A stretch of 64,000 nt of DNA, taken from IMG/VR virus record IMGVR_UViG_3300030104_006994; one strand, 5' to 3'. This document shows, one piece after another, positions 20,998 through 29,000 of this stretch (its first letter is position 1; each line of letters starts with the position of its first letter). A program made the position numbers and the translations under genes. The notes below the pieces were generated by a model that was given only the letters and a program-made list of their open reading frames with translations, searched no databases and was not told the DNA's origin. The stretch comes from an uncultured virus (IMG/VR IMGVR_UViG_3300030104_006994) (Duplodnaviria; Heunggongvirae; Uroviricota; Caudoviricetes).

Positions 20998-21864
20998 TTA
21001 CTCCCTTGGATAGCGGTAGCTATGCAACTCAAAATCCACGAACGCCGAAAAAACATTTGGGTTTAAATTTTCAAAATCTCCCCTGTTTGCAACGTTTTTC
21101 GAAACCGTTACCCTGTCTATAAAACAAAAATCTCCTGTAGCCGAACCTGTATAATTATAATTTACACCTGTAAAGGCTCCAAGTGCATTTAAATTTAAAT
21201 TAGACTGCTCTATTATTGGCATGTTTGTTCTTACTGTATCTTTTAAAATACCACATGCGGCATCTAAAGAAAACATAGAATCACCTAATACTATAGCTCT
21301 AGCATTTATTACTGTATCGTCCATTCCACCAAAAGCAAACTCTTCGTTTCTCCCGCCGTTATCTTTTATAAAAATAGCTGGGTAAGTTTGTGTGCTTGAA
21401 TCGACTCCAGTAGTTACGTTAATGTCACTTGTTCTTGGGTTTAATGTCAGCTTAGTCTCAAAAAGCAACTGTTCTTCTGGCATACTTGTTAAGAAAACAT
21501 TGAAATCTTTTATTGAATAGTCTCCGCTTATTGTTTTGCCAGCCATCGGGTCTGTATCTCCAGTAAAATAAAGCTGACCCTGCATGTAGTTTATTGAATC
21601 AAAACCGCTGTTCCCTACAAAAAGAGGTCCGTCTCCGTCAACATAAATACCTGACATTACTGTAGGAGTTGAGGATCCTGTCACGCTAACATCAGATACC
21701 ATTTGTTTAAAAGGAGCAGAATAAACATGATAATCTTTAAATAAACTATCTATTTTAAAAAAGTTACTTTTAGTATTTGTATATGCATCGCCTTTTTGTG
21801 TGACTTTGTGATCTACAAACATCAAAAGACTACTCATTACTTTATTTTCAAACTGTACTTTCAT
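20998..21864 (-). CDS. Putative tail terminator / neck protein
   Basis: 288 aa. YPAIFIK and C-terminal FVDFEL motifs are typical of tail completion proteins. Lies just before the tail tube gene. Confidence 0.55.
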   Translation of the reverse strand: MKVQFENKVMSSLLMFVDHKVTQKGDAYTNTKSNFFKIDSLFKDYHVYSAPFKQMVSDVSVTGSSTPTVMSGIYVDGDGPLFVGNSGFDSINYMQGQLYFTGDTDPMAGKTISGDYSIKDFNVFLTSMPEEQLLFETKLTLNPRTSDINVTTGVDSSTQTYPAIFIKDNGGRNEEFAFGGMDDTVINARAIVLGDSMFSLDAACGILKDTVRTNMPIIEQSNLNLNALGAFTGVNYNYTGSATGDFCFIDRVTVSKNVANRGDFENLNPNVFSAFVDFELHSYRYPRE

Positions 21865-22493
21865 TAGCTTTCTAATCTCCTTCTGTAGTTAGTAAGTATT
21901 TCAGTTATATATGGAGTTGTCTTAAAAATTCCAGAATTTACAGACTTCTTAACTTGCAAAGCTTTTCCTGATCTAGATTTTTTTGATTCTTTTCCTTCTC
22001 CAAATTTAAAATACATATAGTTACTGTATCCAGATATACCTTTTTCTATACCTTCCACCCAACTATTACCACTCTCCCAAGGCATTCTAGACACTAAGTC
22101 AAAAGTAGAAAATGTAGGAAAGCTTAACTCGTACCTATAACCAATAATCACACCTTTGGCTCCTCTTCTCTTTTTTTGTCTACTTGTTAAATTTAAATTA
22201 GATTTTAAAACCTCTCTAACAGGGGCTAAAGGATCAGAAGTTTTATTAAAACCAATAAAAGAAAATAAGTTTCCTTCTCCACTTAAGGTATTAGATATGT
22301 TAGGCGCTTCTGGCCCTTGAGCTATCTCTTTAGATACTGGGTGCGAATCGAACTCCCTTAAAGCTACTCCTTTTATTCCAGCTACTCTCCTCTTTATTAT
22401 TAAATCAGCTTGAGAAGCTACAGCAGCAGAGTTTCTAACTGTTTTCTCTAGAAAATCTTTTTTTAAAAATTGCTTTAAGGTGACTACAGCCAT
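21864..22493 (-). CDS. Putative neck / tail completion protein (basic)
   Basis: 209 aa, K/R-rich, in the connector cluster with TAATG overlaps on both sides. Confidence 0.5.
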   Translation of the reverse strand: MAVVTLKQFLKKDFLEKTVRNSAAVASQADLIIKRRVAGIKGVALREFDSHPVSKEIAQGPEAPNISNTLSGEGNLFSFIGFNKTSDPLAPVREVLKSNLNLTSRQKKRRGAKGVIIGYRYELSFPTFSTFDLVSRMPWESGNSWVEGIEKGISGYSNYMYFKFGEGKESKKSRSGKALQVKKSVNSGIFKTTPYITEILTNYRRRLES

Positions 22494-22933
22494 TATTTTG
22501 TAGCCTCCAATCTGTATACATAAAACTTGCTATCTAAGAAACTTTTATTGGCATCTTCAGAAACAATTTTAAATGATTTATTATCAAAAGTAATTTTTTC
22601 AGTTTTACCTTTGTTGATATAATTTTTAGCCCCTTCTTGAACTTTTATATAAACATTTCCTAAAGATATATTCTGAGGTATATCAGCTAACCTTTCTGTC
22701 TCTTGGTTCATGTCGTACCTTATTGTAGCGCTGAAGATCCCAGAGACCGGCTCGTAACTATAGTTGACAGAGCTAGCAGGATCGCCATACCCGAAGAGAG
22801 ATGCGGTGTTAACTTGAGAAATTACCTTGCGGGGCTCTTTATGAATAACTATCTCTCTTTTGAAAGTGTCAAATATGTCAGTAAAGATTCCGGTTAGTTT
22901 TTGTTTCTCTGTATCTGATATAAGACTAGGCAT
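22493..22933 (-). CDS. Putative head closure (stopper) protein
   Basis: 146 aa beta protein with C-terminal KITFDNKSFKIVSE...FYVYRLE. Follows the adaptor candidate. Confidence 0.55.
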   Translation of the reverse strand: MPSLISDTEKQKLTGIFTDIFDTFKREIVIHKEPRKVISQVNTASLFGYGDPASSVNYSYEPVSGIFSATIRYDMNQETERLADIPQNISLGNVYIKVQEGAKNYINKGKTEKITFDNKSFKIVSEDANKSFLDSKFYVYRLEATK

Positions 22934-23466
22934 TAGTTTCTAAATACTTCAGTTCTAGTATAAGTGACATCCCCCTTGAATGAGCCTTTAGTAGTATCAT
23001 CACCAACGACTTGTCTTGGTTGAAGCCTAGATCTTCTATAATCACTAATAAGATCCTTCATTTCTTGGTACTCTTGTTTCTTAAGAGTAGTTAAAGATCT
23101 AACAACTTCATTTTTATTAATTTTTCTTACTGTTGAGCCTTGGTCTGTAACTTGAATAATAGTATCATTATTTGCATTAGTTATATTGCTTCTTATTTCT
23201 CTATCATAATAATGAATCATAAACATTTTTTTAAGAATAGAAGCTTCGTCTAAAGTGATTTCTTTACTAACTAATATGTTATCGTTTTTTTCGTCTATTT
23301 GTTGTTTTATTTCGTAAGTATCTTCTTCAATCTCAAAGAAAGTACTTAAGTGATTGTTTAGTCTACCAATATTTGCTCTAACCCAATAGGATATAGAAGC
23401 TATAGAATAAGTGGAAGGTTCTCCTATTTCCCTATAAAGCTCGTCAGCTATGTCAACTACTTTCAT
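22933..23466 (-). CDS. Putative head-tail adaptor
   Basis: 177 aa, helical. First gene of the connector cluster and preceded by the AGTGTAAT motif. Confidence 0.5.
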   Translation of the reverse strand: MKVVDIADELYREIGEPSTYSIASISYWVRANIGRLNNHLSTFFEIEEDTYEIKQQIDEKNDNILVSKEITLDEASILKKMFMIHYYDREIRSNITNANNDTIIQVTDQGSTVRKINKNEVVRSLTTLKKQEYQEMKDLISDYRRSRLQPRQVVGDDTTKGSFKGDVTYTRTEVFRN

Positions 23467-23474
23467 CTGTAAAT

Positions 23475-23482
23475 ATTACACT
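23475..23482 (-). promoter_or_regulatory. AGTGTAAT putative late promoter
   Basis: Exact motif just after a terminator, 8 nt before ATG 23466. Confidence 0.65.
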
Positions 23483-23490
23483 AATAAAAG

Positions 23491-23518
23491 AAAAAAGGGC
23501 AACCTAAAAGGTTACCCT
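23491..23518 (-). terminator. Rho-independent terminator ending the fibre block
   Basis: Minus strand reads AGGGTAACC-TTTTA-GGTTGCCCT followed by a T-run. Confidence 0.75.
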
Positions 23519-23560
23519 CGATATTGGAACATACCCTTCTTGTGAATAACAGCTCCTAAA

Positions 23561-23767
23561 TTAAGATTGAGAACCTTGTACTAGCTCAGCTAGCACCCTA
23601 GCACAACCATCAACAGCGGCATGCTCTTCGTATGTCAGTCTTGCCTGACGAGCAGCAGCAGCAAGTGTATTCAACGCCTGCTCTGGTGTCGGAGCGGCTT
23701 GGCTAGCGGCCTCTTGAGGGGCTGCATCTTCCACAGGTGGGGTATCAATTACGTTATCTTCACTCAT
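23561..23767 (-). CDS. Small helical hypothetical protein
   Basis: 68 aa Ala/Gln-rich ORF on the coding strand, preceded by TAATATAACT. Confidence 0.65.
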   Translation of the reverse strand: MSEDNVIDTPPVEDAAPQEAASQAAPTPEQALNTLAAAARQARLTYEEHAAVDGCARVLAELVQGSQS

Positions 23768-23810
23768 ATCACAAAGTTATATTAGGAACGAGTAAAAAAA
23801 ACAAAAAAAA

Positions 23811-24125
23811 TTAATTGACACTTGGAGGAGTTAAAACACCAGTATAAGGATCAGGTGAGTCCTTCAGAGCGTTTACTTGACCTGCAAGAACATTCTTCCA
23901 GTCTCCGTCTGCTGCTGCTCCATTGCAGATTGCAGAAAGGTCTAGATCTTCTGCAGCTTTTCTAGCGTCTCCAGTTAGAGCAACAGTCGTATCGATATAA
24001 GCAGAGGTTTCTCCATCTATAGCTGTCATTCCTACTATAACCTCACAAATTTTACCTTCGTCCGGATCCCCAGCTTTACAGACGCAATTTGCTTCTACTC
24101 TTGAAAATGAATATTCTATTGCCAT
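23811..24125 (-). CDS. Putative fibre-associated small protein / fibre assembly chaperone
   Basis: 104 aa. Paralog of 24143..24466 (MAIEYSFSR vs MAIAYEFSR; YTGVLTPPSVN vs WTGSLTAPNVS). AAGGA RBS. Confidence 0.55.
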   Translation of the reverse strand: MAIEYSFSRVEANCVCKAGDPDEGKICEVIVGMTAIDGETSAYIDTTVALTGDARKAAEDLDLSAICNGAAADGDWKNVLAGQVNALKDSPDPYTGVLTPPSVN

Positions 24126-24142
24126 TTTATTAGTCCTTTAAA

Positions 24143-24466
24143 TTAAGAAACGTTAGGAGCGGTTAAGCTGCCAGTCCACTCATGAGCCTCACCTTTTTGG
24201 TCAGAGATGCTCGCATCAATACCAGCTTTGACATTATTGTCCGATATGTAACCATTTAAAAGAGTATCCAAATCAAGAGACGCCGGGGCAACGCTAGCGT
24301 CGCCAGAGAGGGCTATTTCATGATTAGCGTAAGCTTCATAAGTCACTCCGTTAACTGTCTCCGAGCCTTTTAAAGTAAACTCGACCATTGTTGTCTTCTC
24401 ATTAGACCCATCTGAATCTGATGTACAAAGAGGGTTAATTCTGCTGAATTCGTATGCTATTGCCAT
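24143..24466 (-). CDS. Putative fibre-associated small protein / fibre assembly chaperone
   Basis: 107 aa paralog of the downstream gene. AAAGGA RBS and AGTGTAAT motif upstream. Confidence 0.55.
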   Translation of the reverse strand: MAIAYEFSRINPLCTSDSDGSNEKTTMVEFTLKGSETVNGVTYEAYANHEIALSGDASVAPASLDLDTLLNGYISDNNVKAGIDASISDQKGEAHEWTGSLTAPNVS

Positions 24467-24494
24467 TTTTCTAAAAATCCTTTTCTTTTTTTAA

Positions 24495-24502
24495 ATTACA
24501 CT
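24495..24502 (-). promoter_or_regulatory. AGTGTAAT putative late promoter
   Basis: Exact intergenic motif 28 nt before ATG 24466. Confidence 0.65.
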
Positions 24503-24504
24503 CC

Positions 24505-25602
24505 TTAGGTTGCTGGGAGAACATCCGGTTGTAGGGCTGGTTGTGCCTGCTGAGGCATCGGAATACCTTGTGGTTGAGCTCCAAAGCCCTGCTGGGGCAT
24601 CCCTTGAGGTGGCATACCCTGAGGTGGGCAAGGCTGTCCCGGCCCGCATCCCTGCTGTTGTTGAGGTGGTGGAGCTAAATTCATTAAACTTTTAGGGAAT
24701 TTTGTATCTTTTTGTCTTTTTAAACTTTTAACAACTTTTTCTACATCAAAAATGTTATCATCTTTAAATGGGCACATATGAGGTTGACCAGATATATCTA
24801 AATCTCCTAAATAACTATCAATTAAATGAGTTTTCTTTAGTGTCACATTACTCACTATATTATCATGGAAATGTTCATAACCTAAAGCTTTAACATTATC
24901 CATTGGCCATAATACAGTAGACTTTTTATCTAAAGCCATAGCTGCATGCTGAGCAAAACTATCAATAAATAATCTTTTACTAGACCATTTTATTAATGCT
25001 ATTAACTCTCTAACATTTGGGCTTGAAATCCAAGGCATGTTTTCAAAACCCGGTTGGTGTTCTGTTCTTATTTGTACCGGATTGTATTGCTCAAAAAATG
25101 GTTCAATCATTTTAAGCACAGTTGGGAGAGGTGCGTCACGAACCCAAGACATAGGAGCTCTATCTGGACCCATGGCTCCGCCATTAGTTTGAATTAAGAA
25201 AATTGGTTTATCTGATGAGCCGAACTGCATTCTGGCTTGCTCAGATTCTGAATGAGTTAAATAAATCTCTGGTTTTTCACTATTATAATCAACTCCTAAA
25301 AGCTCGCACCAAGCTTGAATACAATGAACTTTTTTATTAATGTAGCCATGGTGGTGGTATGGCTCTTGTTTCATAATTAGAGTATCTTTATCTCTAATAT
25401 AATCTTCAAAGATGTAAGGAGTATTGCCTAATTGATAAAATCTTTCAACATTTGGGTTATTAAACCAAATAGCTGGCCATGAGCCAATAGTGATAATATC
25501 TCTTTCTGGGTACTTCTTTTTGATAGCCGCGGCAACCGCAGTTGCCATGATATTCTTACCGATTCCGCCTTCTACATGGAAGATAATATTCTTGTCATTC
25601 AC
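24505..25602 (-). CDS. GT9-like (heptosyltransferase-family, GT-B fold) glycosyltransferase
   Basis: N-terminal GGIGKNIMATAVAAAIKKKYP...NNPNV and C-terminal FIDSFAQHAAMALDKKSTVLW match GT9 signature regions. GTG start. Q/P-rich tail. Confidence 0.8.
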   Translation of the reverse strand: MNDKNIIFHVEGGIGKNIMATAVAAAIKKKYPERDIITIGSWPAIWFNNPNVERFYQLGNTPYIFEDYIRDKDTLIMKQEPYHHHGYINKKVHCIQAWCELLGVDYNSEKPEIYLTHSESEQARMQFGSSDKPIFLIQTNGGAMGPDRAPMSWVRDAPLPTVLKMIEPFFEQYNPVQIRTEHQPGFENMPWISSPNVRELIALIKWSSKRLFIDSFAQHAAMALDKKSTVLWPMDNVKALGYEHFHDNIVSNVTLKKTHLIDSYLGDLDISGQPHMCPFKDDNIFDVEKVVKSLKRQKDTKFPKSLMNLAPPPQQQQGCGPGQPCPPQGMPPQGMPQQGFGAQPQGIPMPQQAQPALQPDVLPAT

Positions 25603-25647
25603 AAATAGTTATATTATTATCTTGTGATTTAGACTAAAAATATTTAA

Positions 25648-25965
25648 CTAAACCTTTGCAGCGCCAGAAAACGGAGCATCCTCTCCCGTCGTAAATAAAT
25701 TATAAACCAAAGTGGGCAAATTCTCAGGAACAGAACCTGAATGAGCCACATCTTGGGAGATGTAATCTAAAGGCTCACCATTTGCCTCTGCGGTAGATTG
25801 GTCTTTATATACAAAAAAAGAGCCACGAACTGTTGTGTATTTTTCCGCTACTCCTGCCTGATCTGCTTCAGGTTCGTTCTTCCATCTATACTCAGACTCA
25901 TGTAATCTGAAATAAGCTTGATCAAATGTGATCCCAAATTTTTCGTGACTATGTAAAAATGCCAT
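25648..25965 (-). CDS. Putative fibre-associated small protein / chaperone
   Basis: 105 aa (FGITFDQAYFRL...VYNLF) directly downstream of a fibre gene. AGGA RBS. Confidence 0.55.
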   Translation of the reverse strand: MAFLHSHEKFGITFDQAYFRLHESEYRWKNEPEADQAGVAEKYTTVRGSFFVYKDQSTAEANGEPLDYISQDVAHSGSVPENLPTLVYNLFTTGEDAPFSGAAKV

Positions 25966-26013
25966 TTTTATTCCTATATTATTATAACTTAAAAACTCCT
26001 ATAAAACAAAACT

Positions 26014-29000
26014 TTATCCATAACATGGCTCCGTCCACTCCTCGTCCCTTTCTACCCCTTTCCAACTTTGGGACACAGCTGAGTCTTTTCTTGTGCCAAC
26101 TAACAACACGTTAAAGCATCCGTCTGAATTAGAACAAATTATTAAACAACACTGGTCAGCAGTAACCTCTCCATAAGCAGATCCAAAATGCCTATAAGGA
26201 GATACCCAAACCATATCGTTTTTATTTAGGTACCTATAATAATTTGGCAACGTTACTACGCTTACACAGTTGGAGGTCTCCACCTGCCACCTATAAATAT
26301 TATCCCCTTCGTTCGGCGACTCTACAAATGAATGGTAAAGCGTCCTATTATTAGAACAAGACGGATTAGGATGCTTTATTCTAAATGAGCCAGACGACTT
26401 ATTCAAAGTACTTACATGAGTGCAAGCAGCACAAATACAAGCATTACTTATGTTGCCATCTCCAAGAATCATGCATCCTGAAGTACTAGCGTTCAAGCAC
26501 TGGCCAGCTGCGCAACTATTATGAGGATTGCCTATTACTATATTGTAATTAAAAGAGCCACTAGTATGGGAGCCGCAAGCGAGAGCACAAGCCCCTATAG
26601 CTATATTGTAACATTCCTTGTGGTTCCATTGCCCTTGGGCGTACCCTGCGCAGTGACCTATTGCTATCCTACAGCAACCACATCCAGAACTATACAAACT
26701 TCTGTAGCCCATCGCCACATCACCTTTAAAAGTACCATCGTTAGCCCCACTAGAAAAACCAACCATCACTGCTTCGTTGCCTGCGTCAGCTTGGGCTCCG
26801 ACTGCAACTGAACAATCACTCATGTATCTATCAGTGCCAGTTCCTATTGCTACGGAATAATTACCGAGTATACCAAGGTAACCAGTACAGGCGCCAATGC
26901 CTACGTTGTAACATTTACAATTGTTAGCAGCCCCTCTCATAGCCATCCATCCTACAGAGGTATTTTGAAAACCCATACTACATTGTTGGGAGTCAGCGCC
27001 AACAGCGGTATTTGCAGATTGGGATCCATAATACCAACTACAGTTTTGATATTGTAAAGCGTTATTCCCTATAGCTGTGGAGTTTACTCCTTTCCCCGTG
27101 GGCATAGCGCAAGTACCTAATCTAACATTAGTAGTTCGTTCGTAACTACAACCGCTAGGATTACCCACAGCGCCTTGAAAACTGCATCCATCTATACCAG
27201 CACTAATACCACTTAAATTAGAACCATCGCCATAAAAACCACCACTAGCGGTAACTGTACCTGCGAACGTAGCCGCACCGCTACCATCGATTGTAAGTCT
27301 AGCGGTTTCATTAGTCATTAAAACCAAAGACCTTGAAGAAGAGTTATGGCCAAAATAAGCAGCAGTTCCATCCATCGCAAGGAACGTACTATACCCAGAG
27401 CCGGTTACTACAACTTGACCTGCCGCTCCTGAACTCGGTGAGACATTTCCTCCATGGTTGACATTTAAGCAGCCATCACAAAAATAAGAGTCGCCAGAAC
27501 AGAACTTGCCAGAATTCACATAACTAGTACCGCAAACTGCAGGAGAACTAACGCAAGTAGTGCCACAAACTACAGGCGCTTTCATTGAGCCAGTAGCGCA
27601 AACAATAGGAGAACAAAGGCAACTAGAGCCCCATACATAAGTAGTACTATGTAGATAATTAGAATAAAGTTGAGAGTGAAAGTAAAAAACACCAGAACCA
27701 TCTCCGCTATGGAAATTGAGGTTACCGCTGGAAGCACATACTTTCCAAGATCTTACGCCATTTTCATCAAACATCAAGCAACTAGTAGGGAACACAATAG
27801 TAGAGCGAACAAGAGCAGTTGCAACACACGTAGGAGCACAAAGAATAGGAGTACAAGCTAGCCCGCTCTTAAGGCACATAGACATTGCGCTACCAGCTTT
27901 AAGCAGCAGGTTGCCGGTCGATTGTATAGTAGCGGCATGACCATTATGCACCCAAAAAGAAAGGCACTGTGCGTTGTCTGTAGCGTCACCAGCAGCTTTC
28001 TTTATTCTTAGTATATTATGGTCCTTACCATAACTGTTAATCTGATTATGCCAACCACCTTCATTAGAGAAGACTTGCCCAACAGCTAGTCCGCAACAAC
28101 TAGCGCCAGCATTGCCACTATTTAATACTGTATGAACAGACGCAACACCACTTAAAACAGCTGACGTAGACTGAAGATAACCAGTAGCTATAACTGAATC
28201 TCCATGAATACAACCAGCAGCTAAAATGCAAGCCGCAGAACACATCATAGTTGTCGCACAAACGCTCGCTGATTTAAGGCAAGTAGTAGCGCAAACCCTA
28301 GGAGTATGAACACAGACCATAGCGCATTGGTATGCTGCCATACTGAATGAAGTAGATCTTAAGTCTCCACTGGTGTGATTGTAATAACTGTCAGCGCAAG
28401 TTACTCTCTTAACATACCAAGGAGTACCCATATTCATATTGCTACAATAAAATAATCCATTAGTTATACTTCTCACATGAACAGAGCCGTAATTCCAAGT
28501 ACTATCGCATTCTCCAAGTAGTATTACATATCGACCGTTACTAGTGCCTCCACAAGAATGATAAGCTAACTTAATAGGTTTGTCTGTGCAGCCGCCTGTT
28601 ATATGAGCACCGCAATTATACCATCGACAATTCCAGTTATGCCCACCTACAATAATAGTTGTAACATCATTACTGTTGTATTCATAAACATCAACAGCTA
28701 CGTGAACCATTCCGTGATGAGTAGCCCCGCCTTCACCATCTAAAGTTGGTAAGCCAATTTCTATACGACCAGTTTTGGAGCCGCTCTCTCCCCAAACCGC
28801 TTGCGGTAATCCTCCTACTTTACCTAAAGTAATACCATTGTTCATGTCCCCGCTTGAATCGGGAGCCATACAAAGAGTGCAATTAACGCAAAGGCAAACA
28901 CACGCAAAAGTATTACCTCGTAAGGTGATATTAGATCCAGTTCCTCCCCATATATCAAGTGTAGATGCGGTATCATCACAAATACCATTACGGTGCATTG

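Noticed and set aside
19849..21864. Contractile tail sheath gene
   Set aside because: No ORF with sheath size or motifs lies next to the tube gene. One elsewhere in the genome cannot be excluded.
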